Source of the DNA: Podarcis melisellensis
Lineage: Eukaryota
NCBI GenBank assembly: GCA_964234715.1
Contig: OZ174282.1
Direction: 5' to 3' (one strand)
Length of the DNA: 64,000 bases
The position numbers were made by a program, and so were the translations under genes. The stretch's first letter is position 1. Every line of letters begins with the position of its first letter. The notes beneath the pieces were generated by a model. It was given only the letters and a program-made list of their open reading frames with translations, searched no databases and had not been told where the DNA came from. This document shows positions 48,053 through 61,477 of this stretch, piece by piece.

Positions 48053-49719
48053 ATAGGGTCTTGTTATTTCACTGGGCTGCTTCTGCTTGCTTTGGGGGTC
48101 AACTCAACCACCATCACCACCACCTAGATATTTGTGGAAGCCCTCAAGTCATCTGTTAAGCTGTTGCAAGTCAAGGTGCAGGTGGAGGGGGCCAGAATGG
48201 AAGCCCCCTCCCCTCCCCACAAGGGCAGGGCTTGAAGATGGAGCTGGAATGCCATTGGGTGACTCCAGCAATGGCAACTTGTCAAGGGACAGAGGACGCT
48301 TCCCTTCGCAGCAGAAGAGCAGAAGCAGCTGCAAGAGGGACCCTAATAAAAATCGAGGCAGGCTCTCAAAAAATTACCGGTGCTCCCTCAGCCTTGTGAT
48401 TTTTAATTTTCCTCTAATTTCAGGACTGCAGTGCCGATATAAAAAACCCCTTAGAAGTGTTTTAGGGAGATGGTAATGGTCCCACACTAAAATAATTCAA
48501 CCAACACTATAATTTTACTACCACCATCAAAATGAAATAATGGCTGTTTACTGTGTTACACCTTTCAGATGACCTTCATCTGAATACAAATTGTGGGCTC
48601 CCAAGCTGGGGGTGGTGATAGTGGGGGGGAGAAACAACTCTTGTTTTCCAGCGGCTGCAAAACAGAGGCTGTTTACTCAGGACCTGCTCCCCCACTGCAG
48701 AAGTGCACTGCTCCAATAGGATCTCTCTCTGTCTCCCTGGAGATGCCCATGTAAAGCCACCCACTGTAAAATACCGGTAGCTAGAACGGCTGCAGTTTTC
48801 CCTAAGAACAGAGAAAGCAGAAAGTGGCAAAGGACACCTTTTATAACAGGGCTGCCATACGTCCAGATTTTCCCAGATATTACAGGATTTCAAAGGAAGA
48901 ATTAACGTCCGAAAGGCTGTTCTTTGTCCTGGATCTTAGGCAAGTCAAGTCAATCAAAAAAATCATGATTGATTATATATATATATCTGAACAACTTGGG
49001 AGTTTGTCTAAAAAAAAGCTCAACAACTTCTTTCAGGGTTGGCAACCCTATTTTATAGTGCCAACTGATGAAGGGCAGAGCAGAAGGCTTGGAAGAAAAG
49101 AGAGTCAACAGGGAAAATTTGGAGACGTCTTAGGGGAAGCCTTTCTCATTTTTGGGTTTGCAGGTGTTATTGAACTACAACTCCCATCACCCCTGACCAC
49201 TGGCCATGCTAGCTAGGAATAATGGGCTATGTAGTCTGGCAATGTCTGTGAACCCAAGGCTGAGAAAGACTGCCTGAGGGAAAGGACAACACAGGCCTGT
49301 GCCATGGAAAATAGCAGCCCTGTCTTGGGTTGAGTTTCCCGTTTGGGTTTTACCAATAGCAATCTGTCCAGGGGTCTTCTTGAATGCCCTCCCCCCTTTC
49401 TGGGGTCATGGGAGGGTAGCAGTGCCTCTTCTGCAGTGGCACCCAATCGATGAAACCCAGCCTCACCCTAGATGTGTGGGCTTGGTGCCATCATTTGTTC
49501 CCTTTTAGAAGAGATCTGTCCTGTTCTCTTAAGACCCTTTTGAGGGTCTTTGGCTGCCATTTTTATATACTGGCTTGGCTCTTTTTTCTCCATGGCTTTA
49601 CTGTTGGGAGTTTGGGAGCTTTGCATTCTGTTACTTCTGTCAATTATTGTAAGCCACCTTGAGGGCAGCCCCATGAAAGGCTGGGCACAAACTCCTAATG
49701 AATTACTTTGGAGCAGAGG

Positions 49720-49890
49720 AAACTGCCTTGGGTACAGTGATCCAGCTAGCTGAGGGCTGCCCACACTGACTGGCAGCAGCTCCTCAGGGTTTTAGGATGG
49801 AGACGTTTCTCAGTCCTACCTGCAGATGCTGGGGATTGAACCTGCCACCTTCTGCATGCAAAGCAGATGCTCTACCACTAAGCTATGACC
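49720..49890 (-). mobile_element. Squam2-type tRNA SINE
   Basis: ggggattgaacc...ttctgcatgcaaagcagatgctctaccactaagctatg is the reverse-complement head. Confidence 0.7.
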
Positions 49891-50689
49891 TTCCCAGGCC
49901 ATTGATTATCTAGCAGGCCCCAAGACTGGCTGGGTGGCTGCTTTCAGCTACACAGCTCAACCCTTTTGCAAACCTGAGTTGGCAATGCCACTGGTCCTTC
50001 TAGCAGAGCTCCTTCAGCTTCCTGTTACTGCATGAGAAGAGGGCTAGGAATCCCAGGCAGCACCTCCAGCTAAAAGACTTCTGCCAGGGCAGGATGTGGC
50101 CCTTACAGCAAAAGGAAAACTGTAGAATGAGATCTTTATCCCCAGGCAGCTGAGCTCTAAAGTCACAGGAGATGAAGGTGGTTCATAAGAGTATCGCCGT
50201 CTGCAGCCTGAGTCACCAGTGACTGTCCTTCCACAGAGGCAAATCCCTGTGTTGTCAGGAAACATGCAAACTTGTTCATTTACAAGTATTGCAGGGTTAG
50301 AATCCCACCCTGAATGCAATATTCAGGGTGGTCACTGAAGTAGCCTCCATAGCCAGGATGCAGGGGCCTTAGCCAAGCAAGCTCAAAAGGGCTCTAAATG
50401 TGACACAGCTTTCCCAACCAACCTGCTGCCCTCCAGATGTTGTTGGACTACAACTCCCATCATCCCTGGCCATTGGGAGTGCTGCTTGCAAGGGCTGATG
50501 GGAGCTGGAGTGCAACAGGCAGAGGCTGTGTGTAATTGTAACAGTTCCGAAAACTATTTGCGAGTTGGTATTGCAGAGAGGGGAAGCCTACAGTGCAAAA
50601 GGGGCAGAGAGCTGGTGGAACTGCACTGGGCAAGCGCAAACTCCTCTCAAGTGGCCCAGTGCAGCTTTTTAAGAACATAAAGAGGGAGG

Positions 50690-50990
50690 TGACATAGCAG
50701 AGCGGCTGAGCACCTGCACTGTGTGCAGAAGGTCCCGAGTTCAATTCCAGACAGCATCTCCAGGCAGGGCAGGAAGGGTCATCTGCTGTAAACCCCAGAA
50801 AGCTGCCATTCAGTGTTGGATGGTCGTCGATCATGGAAGCTTCAGCTGAGATTCCTGTGTTACGGGGGGGGGTGTGGACTAGATGACCCTCGGGGTCCCT
50901 TCCAACTCTACAATTCTATGATTCTATGACGATACCAAACTAAGTGGATCAATGGCCTGACTCATCTGTATAAGGCAGCTTCCTATGTAC
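50690..50990 (+). mobile_element. Squam2-type SINE with an inserted CR1 3' terminus (about 50830-50928)
   Basis: SINE head and tail flank ggactagatgaccctcggggtcccttccaactctacaattctatgattctatg. Confidence 0.6.
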
Positions 50991-53389
50991 CTCAGAACTC
51001 TGCAGCTGGATCAGGCCAAAGACCCCTCTAGCCTAGCCCTAGATCTCTCTCAGTGGCCAACTAGCAAGGCTGGATTAAGACCTGTGGAGACCCTAAGCAT
51101 GGAGAAGATTATGGTGCTCCCCAGTGCTATATTTCCAGACAAGAGAGGTGTTGCAACTCACCCTGAATGGCTCTCTTGTTCTCTTAGAATGGCAATGGTG
51201 CCCACCTGAGAGGTGCCGGAACTGAGTTCCAGTGAGTTTTAGCTGAGGAAAAAAACACCCTGGTGCTCCCATATATAACTCAGAATAACAACAATTATAA
51301 AACAACAGCACCAAATTACACAGCACACTATTTATATGCATATGTGTCACACACATACGAAAGAAGGGAGAAAAACAAATCCAGTACACACGATCAGAAG
51401 ATTATCTCAGTAACGAAAAAGAGATTTATTGCAGCGAATGGCAGGATCCGATTTCCTGGCATTATTTCGATCTACATGAGGACCACAGTGCCTGGTTTTG
51501 GTGAGGATAAGCAATAAAAAGAGAGGAAGGCCACCAGAGGGGAAGCCCACACAAAGAGGGCCTGAGTGAAATGAGTGCATTGATGGAGGAATGGCTGCAT
51601 TTGACACCTACATCTGGCACATGTTTAAAGCACGTCACCTGCACTTTGCCATTCATCCTTCCCACTGCCCCTTTGCAAGGTGGCAAATACTCTTGTTTAC
51701 TAAAGACATTTTAAACTTTGCCGTCCTAGGATGCTCAATGTCAACGTTTAAAAATGAAAGCAACCCAATGCGTCATCGTTAAGTACATTCTGAAAACCCG
51801 ACAAAACAAAAAGCCCTTCCGAACGTAAGCACGGAAATAGCAGCAAAACACAAAACTGGCAGCAGCCAAACCAACTATGGAGGGGAAGGGGGGGAGCCTT
51901 CTTCCTTTTCCCTCTGACGATTCTCCAACCAACGAATAATTTCAAAAATACCCATTTGAAAACTAGCAAAAGGAAGAAGAAAGTGCTTAATGAATGTCCC
52001 TTGGGTGGGATTCGGGGTTTGGTTGTGCTTACCTTACTTTCAAGGAGGGTGGCTGTGAGTACCCTTCCTTTCAATCTACAAATAATCCCTCCAGTCCTCT
52101 GCATCCTGCAGCCCTCCCAGGTGCCCCTCATTTCCTGAAAATCCCATAATACCCTCAGCTGGGCTTCCCTGTAATCACAGAGAGGCTGGGAGGCTGCCTC
52201 TTATTCTCCTGGCAGCTGCTTGTTGCTAGTTTTTAAAAGTGAGGACTTAAAAAAAAAAGAGGGGAGGTGATTTAAAAGGTAGAAAGGAACAGTTCCCTTA
52301 AAAACAAAATTGGCAAGCACCCTGATTGAAGGCTCCCCATAGCCAAGTGTCCTGGTTTCCCCAACTTCAAGTGAAGCCCATAGGAAGATGTCATGAGGCA
52401 ACTCCGCTTGGGGAAGAAGCTGCCTACAAACTGGGCTAGGAACATCAAAGGATTCTCTCAGAAGTGAAATTACTTTTTTTCCCTGTGAAACGGGGTGCCC
52501 CAGGGACTGCGAAACAGCTCCAGTCTCCTGGGAGGGAGTCAAGGGAAAAACCAGCAGCAGTGTGGAGGCCTCTCCCAGGCACCAAGGAAAAGAAATAGGC
52601 TTCCTTTCCTGTGTGGTGCTTTCTCAGTTCACAAGAATCAGCTGAGGACGAGGCAGGGGAGCCTGGAGACCCCAGCGCAAAAGGGGTCCTTCTGCATCTT
52701 CGGAGGAGGAGAAAGGTGGAGTCACCTCCTTACCCACTTTGGGGCTTTGCAGAGACACTTCACTGGCCGCTCTCTGATTAAGCCAGCCTCCCAAAAGCTG
52801 CAGATGCTTTGTACAACAGTTCCCTAGTCCTAGGAGACTGAGATTGGTAAGAGTTGTAGTCCACAACATCTGGGCAGCACCAGCTTAGGAAAGTCTGGAT
52901 TCTATGCACCCCTGGTTCTGCATAGTGTCTTAAATTCATACAAATATACTCTCTGTGCATTGGGAAGTGGAGTGGGCAGAATGTTCCATGATAGTCCAGG
53001 AAGGCCTTTAGGAATACATGGCGATTTTGCCTAATTTTGCATCCAAAATAATTCCCTTTTTTTGCCATTTCCCACCAATTAATGAAAAATGAAATAGCAT
53101 TTCCTTATTGAAGGGATAAGAAAGTTTCGGTGGAATTTTCCATGGGTGGTGTGCTCCTTATTGGCCAAGGGTTGCTTGTGGGTCTCTGTTCTTTCATTCT
53201 ACAAATCATCTCTTTGGTGGGCTACACTTCAAAGCCCCCCTCCCCCAGTTTCCCGGGGGGAGGCGTGGTGAGGTGAACTCCTTCCCCATGGGGCTTTTTC
53301 AGACCACAAAAGGCAGACAGGGAGGGAGGCTACAGAAAAGTGTTCTGGAAAGAAGCACATTCGCTCCACCCGCAGCCACCTCCCAAGGC

Positions 53390-53724
53390 CATATCCTCCA
53401 ACATTTCTCCGATGAAAATAGGGACGTCCCATTCCATAATGATAATTTTACTATTTATATCCCACACATCATACTGGGTTGCCCCAGCAGCTCTCAACAT
53501 ATATAAAAGCATAATAAAACATTAAGCATTTTTTAAAAAAACACTTCCCTCTACAGGATTGCCTTCATATTGGGGGGTCAGATAATTCCATACCCTCCGA
53601 CATTTCTCCAGTGAAAATAGGGGCATCCTAAGTAATAGTAGGACATTCCAGGATCAAATGAAAAACCGGAACGGTTTCTCTAAATCAGGGACGTCCCTGG
53701 TAACTGGGACCCTTGGAGGGTCTG
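53390..53724 (-). mobile_element. Composite MITE with L2 tail (family of 18125-18485)
   Basis: catatcctccaacatttctcc...ttggagggtctg. Flanked by caaggc(c) on both sides (TSD-like). Confidence 0.78.
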
Positions 53725-56700
53725 CAAGGCCCCAAACTCTCTCTGAAATTTCCAAGGACTTCTGAAGTGCCCTGAAAACAAGCAGGAAAATGGAAGAAGC
53801 ATCTTTCCTGGAAGGAGCAAGCTTCTGAAAAACCAGAGGACAGAATTTGGCACAGCACCCGTTTAATCCTGGCCAAAGTTGGAGACTTGACATCACCTTT
53901 CCCTTGGTTAGTTTTTCCTATTTCAAGTGATGGAATGGGAGGAAAGCAAAGGAACTTCTAGGTAATTGCACTCACAGAAGGAAGGAGGAGGGAGGAAATG
54001 GGGGTGGGAGGACCAGTGTGCTATTATTCTCCTGGAGGCCCACCACCCGCCCCCAGTTCCATTAATTACTTCCAAGGTTTTTTTCCCCACTCCCTCCCTT
54101 TCTTCACTCCTTGACACTCCCTGGAACAAGAAGTGTTACAAGCTGTGCTTGCCTCTGTGACTAAAGCAGCTGCAGCCATGCATTTGACTCTTCTTAAAGG
54201 GGAGATGCTTGAAAAAAGGGACACACACGGGGGGGGGGGACTTCCTATGGCAGCAGAGGGAGGGAGAGATGAAGAGCTCCTCAAGCATTTCACTACATCT
54301 TTGATGTTGGTGATGAAAAGACATACAGAAAGCAGAAGAGCGTCCACAAAGGAGATCTGTCTGGACTTGAACCAGGAGCCCTGTAGGCAAGGCCTAATTC
54401 CCCAGGCCACCCAGACAGCTAAGCAAAGGAGAGGATTTGTAAGGTGACTGATGAGTATCCTTAGACTAGAGTTCCCACCAGCCAACAATAGCAGCCTTGC
54501 CCCTGGACTGGGCATTGAGCCCCACCCCCAAGGGCCAGATCCTGCCCACCAGATCCTAAGTTAAATAGAACCCTGCTAGATCCTGTTTTCAGCAGATGAC
54601 TCCGGGAAGCGCACGAGGAAGGCCCAAAGGCAGCAGCCGTCTCCAGCCACTGGTGGGTGAGCCTTTGCAGAAACCAGTCCACAGAGCAAAGGTACAATTT
54701 GCTGCTCCGCCCACTTTTGCCTCTGGCCCCGCCCACTGCTGGCATGTGACCCTCGGGAGGCTGCTCAGGAAGGAAATGCAGGGCTCTGGCTGAAATATAT
54801 ATTAGCTGGCAACCTGTAAATTTAAATGTGTATGTGGGTTTTATTTTATCGCCTGGTCACTTCCTTTAATGAAACCTCGGTGTGCAAGCATTTTTATCAA
54901 TAAAAAAAGTCCCCATCACCAACACTGATATCTGGGTATTTGGGTGGGTGCTCTGCCCTTGGAGGGTAGGGCAGAGAGGAAGGTGGTGATGCATTAAAGA
55001 GATCAGTGACTCAGCTACATTAGTCAAAAACCAGTGTTACAAACATGCAACATCAGGTGGTGATGTGGAGCAGAAAACTTTTCTATGCAATTTTACATAG
55101 AGGTTTCCCTCCCCCCTTTTGTTAAAACAATTTAATTTATGATTTATTTATAGCTTTTTTTTCCTTCTGTGTGTAGATAAACCCCTAGAGACAGACCTGA
55201 TGCTGGCACCAGCAGCCTCTAGCTAGAGAATCATGGTTTTAAAAGGTAGGCTTTACCTGTTGCAGATACACAGGTAGAAAAGAATGAAGTTGATGGTTGT
55301 AGGAAATATATAACTTGGATACAAAAATTTCTAGTTCCAGTCTAACTAACTAGTCTAGAGGAGAGCAAAGCAGCCACACTTTCTCTTTTGTTCTCTTGGG
55401 GATAGTTAAAGATGACATCTCATTTTGCGGCCCACCCAAGAGAGAGAGAAATGTGAGACGGAGAAGGAATTTGTGAAACAGGACGCAACCTAGGAGGTAC
55501 CCATCTGAACAACAAAGGGATAGAAATCTCAGCTCAATAGGTTAGAGATACAGGGACAGTTGGAAAAACTGGAGGTTCCTCACTCTATTGTTTTAATCCA
55601 TGCAAATTCCACTTCTGCAAGTAGAGCTGCATGCAAACTTCCAGTACAACAGAGCTGGAGGATTGGAGCTCACTGGTGCAAGCAGGAAATCAAGGCAGAG
55701 GAAAGGGGCAGGTAAGTCCATGGAGAGATGTTTGATGGGTAGGAAAGGCAAGAAGCTGTGGGCAGGAGAGTCTGGGCAGGCAGCGGAAGGATCTGCAGAG
55801 AGGCAGGCCACGAGAGGAAAGAAGTTGGGGCATAAAACTGCTGGGGGGGGGGCACTTCATGGTGAGCGCCTCTCCGAGACGATCCATCAGGCTCCCTTTT
55901 CATTCCCACTGCTTGCTTAACAGCTGCCTGGCATTTCATTACAGACAATTCCTGCCTGCCTGTCCATTAGCCACTGGCTGCTTAATGCAAAGATCTTGAA
56001 ATTTATTGGTGCTCTTTGGGTTAACGTAAGAGTACTCCGCATATATTTAAGCCTGCATTTGTAATTAATAGCCGTGCAATGTCACCCGGATGCCGCAAGC
56101 GATGTTTACATATTTACATTGGGGGGAAAGGGCCATGAGTCATCTTGGCGGGACTGTCGGCTCTGGCTTTATCTCTCGGATGTACTTTCTGGTCAATTTC
56201 ACATCCCAGCAAAGGATTATGCCTGGCTCCCAGATTAGCATCGCCAGCAGTCAATTAACTCCACAGGAAAAGGGGGCTGCATGGGTGGACTTGAAACGAC
56301 TCCGCAACACAGGACAGAAGGCTCTGTGGCCAGCGCAGGTGGCCTGGCGCTGACGGTCTGGGGTTGCCTCGGCACACTCCGAAAAGGAGCCTTGTCCACA
56401 AAACAGGCATTTCCCCCTGCACTGGCAAAGTCAGGTTTTAGGGGCTGGAACAGTTGACAGGGAGATGGAACAAGAGGCAGAGACTTGCAGCCCAGTGGCA
56501 GGAAATGCCAGCTCCTGGAGGCCGAGTATGATGAACATAGGAAGCTGCCTTATATTGAGTCAAACCTTCGGTGCATCGACCTCAATACTGTCTACACTGA
56601 CTGGCAGCAGCTTTTAGGGGTTTCAGGGAGGGAGCCTTTCATCTGGGGTACTGAGCTACAGTCATTTGACATGGAACCTTCTCAAAAGAGGAGCCCACTG

Positions 56701-59700
56701 CAGACCCCAGAATCAGAAGGAAATTCAGTCTCCTCTTACTGATGTGCTCTGTGCTCTGTGTGGACATAAGAAGTGATATTTTCCTGAAAAGATGCAGCAG
56801 CATGACCCATCCCAGACTCTTGTATCCTTCTGATCAGCTGAGTGTGACTGTTTCATCCCATATTCATAGGGCTTTGTATGCCATTTCTGAGGCAGTGGGG
56901 GCTTTGAGGGATGTGAGTCAACTGGAGTCTCCCTGAAAGATCACACAGGCTCCATGCCCCAGGGAAGAGTCCAGGGAGAGAGCTTGATCCTGGACTCTGG
57001 ACTGGGGACCCAGATTCTTCCACCAAGGAGTCAGGCTTCACCACTCTGCAGCTGTCCAAGGATTAGCCTGGAAGTGCCAAGCAGCCAAGTCAGGGGAGGC
57101 AACCAGGTGGTCAGTCAGGGCTGCAAAACCCTCAAGTACCAGACAGGGCTTGACTTCTGAGGTGCTGAGTGTTGGCAGAGCAGCGTCCTTGGGAGACTAT
57201 CGAGGGAGCTGTCCAGGGTCCTGTTGCTGTTCTCTGAAGCCTGTGAACTCTCCTCCTAGGCAGTCTATCACACAGGCTCACAGCCCAGGCACGATCGGCT
57301 GGTCACTTCCTTTAAAGAAATGAGGTGGTGTGTGTGGCCTTTTCCCTTCCACCTAAGTGAGGAGAGCCCATATGCTTATGTCACAAAGGGAGCGTTGCTG
57401 TTTCAGTGCCCATGTTTGCACTTGTCATTTTGCAAGGGCCCTTTCGCAACCACTTTCTATTTAATTGTGACTGGCAATTATTCTGCAGCTTAAAGTCTTT
57501 TGCGAGAGAGACGAGAAGAAGCTCAACAGCCTGCCTGCCTTTACTGGGAGATCCTGAGATAATCCGATTCTCCTTCAGGATGACATTGTGGAGAGAGGAA
57601 AGCACTGCTTTAAAAACGAGAAGATGTTTTCTGAAATGTTTGGGGGGGAAACAAGACAAATTAGCCATTAAAAATTAATTTGGAAAATTACGACGCTTCG
57701 CTAATGGAGGCCACTTCGCACTCCCGATTCCCGCTTCTTCGGAGGCAGAAGCAAGGGTGGCCATTTCAAGCATGTCTTCTTCCATTTCATCAAAGCCTGG
57801 AAAGACGGAGATGAGTGTGTGCATGTGTTTCTGCTCGGCATCGATTCGCGCCCTGGCTAAATACAAAGCTTGGGATCCAAACCAAGCATGGAAGGTGATG
57901 GATGAACAGGAGATGCTGCATTAGCTGGTCTTGTCAACTTGTCACAGGCTGACCCTTTAAGTCCCATCCCACCCCTCGTCCCCTGGCACAGAGCAACTTT
58001 TATTTTTTTAATGCATTTCTGTTACTTAGTACAATGTCATTCCTGGTTGTCTAAAGCTCCTGTCTTCTTATTGCTTGCCTAAAAACTTCCCAATTCACAG
58101 GTCACAAGGCAGAGCCATCCTCCTTCCTTCCCTCCAAACCTCACAGAGCTGCAATTCCCAAAGGAGTTTAACAGTGGATCCCTCTTTCCAGGGAACTGTA
58201 GCTCTGTGAGGGGAACAGCGGTCTGCTAACAACTCTCAGCATGTTTACAGGATTATTTGGGGGGAACCCTGACTGTGTAAAGTGGCAGGATACTGCTTTA
58301 AATGTAAGGGGTGGATGTGACCACAGACTGAAAACCCTCAGTCCACCTCTGGCTTTGTCAGAGCAAAGGGCTCGCTCGGAGCTGACCCTGGTGCTGCAAT
58401 TGCTGCCTTGCTGTGGTAAGTGGGTTCCTTTGCCAAACCAGACACCAGTGCCCAAAAACAAAATTCCTTGGCTCAGAATGTGCTCCGAGGCACCCAGTTC
58501 TTAACTGTATCTTCATGCCTTTTGCAAACTGGCTCTGGTGAGTAGATCTTAGGGTTCTAGTATAAGAGCAAAGTAAACCTGATGAGCCTAAAGTCTGCTC
58601 ACCTCTTTTATATATTGAAAAGAGCAAAGCCCACTTGTAGCAACTGCATCATGCTTGCTTATGCTCACCTGACTGCAAACCGGGTCCTCCGCACAATTGC
58701 TGCAAATGTTTCCCCAGCTCTCATTATTTTCAGAAAAGCTTCTAGATGCAGAACCAAGTTTGTGGAGTGAAGAGGGAGGGAAGGTGATTTTCTCAGAGAG
58801 CTTGGATGTCTTACAGAGGAATCCTCAGAAGAGCCCAATTTCCTGCCAATCTGTTCTCTCAGCAGCCCCTCAGTACATTGCTGGCTGGGCAGAGCAGCGT
58901 CTTTAGCATCCCACATTTGTTATGATTCCATGTTTTCAGTTGAAATGTCAGGTTGAACCCCACCACCACCAATTCCCAACACCCATTTTCAATTAAAGAT
59001 GCAAAATACATTGTCCAGGGCTGTCTGTCCTGGACTGAAAAAACAGAATGGATGTTGGTGTGCTTGTTAGGTATCCAGTTTCACAGAACAAATTTGAACA
59101 CCAGCTTGACACCACCACCCGTATCCATTTTCCTGGAGGCTGGGAAAGGTGCAATGCAGGCTGTGACATGATTTCATGAGCACTGAGATCACAATCTGAC
59201 TTGGTGCAAATTGATGGCATTAATCTTTGGTTTAAGTTGATTCCCAAAGTACCCAGTGTGGGAACAGAGTGGAGAAAAGATGTGAAGCACATAGTTGTGC
59301 AATATATTTTGCAGAAAAGCAGGGTTATTTGCTCATTACTTATAACACAACACCTTTATCTTATATTTATAAAACAATATATTCAGCGAGACCTCTTGAT
59401 CATTGCCATTTGCTTCTGGTAATACTTCAGGTATTGGAGAACCTTTCTGCTGAAAATATCCAGAGCAGCTTTCACAACCAGATACCTTCCAGATGTTTCA
59501 GGCTGCCACCCCACCATCAGGCCCAGCCAGCACCACCATATGATGTTGAAGCTGAGGCAAGCAGGGGCTGATGGGAGCTGTAGTCCAGAAACATCTAAGG
59601 ACGCACCAGGTTGGAAACACTGCTCTAGAGGCCCTCCTGAGATTAATGAACATTGTGCAACTGCAAGTCTTAACAGCAAGTTCTTTTATGCAACCAATGA

Positions 59701-60011
59701 CATTTTAAAAGTTCATACAGTAACCACCCTATTCAGAGATCTCATAGGATTTGCCAAACAGGTAGTGTCAGTGTTCTCATGAGAGAGATGTAAAGATGTC
59801 AACATTTCCAAACATAAATACTGAGCTGAGCTGTCCTTGAGAGATCTGTCCCACCACCAAGCACACAATCTCTCCTATGGGCATCATCTGCCCAGGGAAT
59901 AGCTGTGTTTCCTCAACATCTTATGGCATCGCTGTGAAGGACAATCCCGTTAGAACATGTCCAACCTCTACAAAGCTTAAACCTGAAGACAAATGGGCAA
60001 TGAAATGTTTG

Positions 60012-60218
60012 CTGGCTATGCTCTGCCACCACAACTGGAGGCAGCAATGCTTCTGAATACCAGTTGCCAGAAACCACAGGGTGCGTGGGAAATGCTGATC
60101 TTGTGCCTAAATCCTGCTTATGGGTCTCCCATTGAAGAAGCTGGTTGGCCACGATGAGAACAGGAGGCTGGACGAGATGGGCCACTGGCACGATTCAGCA
60201 AGCTCTGCTTAGGTTCTC
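60012..60218 (+). mobile_element. CR1 3' UTR fragment
   Basis: ggaggcagcaatgcttctgaataccagttg...gagatgggccactggc, as at 2490-2730. Confidence 0.8.
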
Positions 60219-61031
60219 ATGAAAACGAACAAGGGACAGATATGACCAGTCTCGGAGGTCAGTGCCCAGCAGATGCTACTACAAGCACCCCAAACAGCAG
60301 AATGCCAAACCTGGGGGGATACATTTTCAGAAGGAAAAAGCAATGTAGGTCAGTCACAAGCCGTGCCATAGAGCCTTCTCCATCTCAAAACAGAGACATT
60401 CCTTCAGTCATGTCTCAGGGTAGAAACTATTTCTAGCTTCTGCTGACGCACCATGCCGGGCATGTGAGCAAAATCCATTAGGCAAATAGTGGCTCTCTGT
60501 GCAGCTATGCCACCCAAGGAGGTAGTCCAAGGTGTGCGCCTGCCAGAGAGCTCCCTTGGCCTCCACAAAATGGCAATCGGGCAGATGTGCAACTGAAACG
60601 AAAGCAACAAGCTCAGAGCAGGACCAGTTTCCAAAGGGCAAAGTAGACTTATCTCCCTCCTGGGGATGGAAGCAGAATCAGCTGATTCCGGTAACAGATG
60701 TGGCAATGTGCCTCACAGCTTTGAATCAACGGATGGAGCTGGCAGCCAGTGGAACAGCTTTCCCTTGCATCTGCGTGTGGGTGTTTCCTCTGACTAATTG
60801 TATCACTAATTCCCAAACTGACACAGAAATAACCAAGCCTGGCTGGTTCAGATCAAGTCCATCGCCTTGACTCCAACAATGGCAGGTCCTTCCAGGTATC
60901 TTGTAAACAAGGCATGGAAACAAACACACAAACACACACACACACATTCATTTACAGAGGTTCACTGCTTCTAAACCAGAAGATTCTGCTTAGAGGTGAT
61001 GGCTCATATTGATCAACCTACTCCCCTCAAT

Positions 61032-61477
61032 TGTCATGGACTGGCTAGATACCCAGGAGTGGTGGGAGGCGCCAGCTAAGGAACCCCAAAGAGAATCTGC
61101 AGGGAAAGAAGACTCAGAGCCAGGTGGCTGGTGGTGGGATGATGATGAGTGGCCAGAGGGAAAATACCATTCGGAAGGGGAGCTGGTCACAGTCAAGACC
61201 CCCTGGCTTCTTCACCAGCCAGACTCATCTCTGCCTCTTGACCCCTTCTCCTCTCCAGCCACTCTTCTGGACTGCTCTCTGCCATAGCCTCTTCCTGCTC
61301 ACTAAACCCTATTGCCTCTTCAGCTTCAGAGACCTCCTTCTCCCAGTCTGCTCCCTCTTCTGCCTCTGGCAAAGACAGGCACGGCAATGGAGTCTCAGAT
61401 TTAATCCACTCTTCCGTCAAGGCGGCGAGGAAAGACTCCCCAAACAGCTTGCAAATATCAGTTGAAAAGACATGACA
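61032..61477 (+). mobile_element. Probable solo LTR (Gypsy-like) with an internal inversion
   Basis: TGTCATG...CATGACA 7-bp terminal inverted repeat. Flanks caat / caaa. Purine-rich acidic-coding interior. Confidence 0.7.

Noticed and set aside
56843-57275. Possible old solo LTR (also 24950-25230)
   Set aside because: Composition is suggestive only. Termini and TSD could not be defined.
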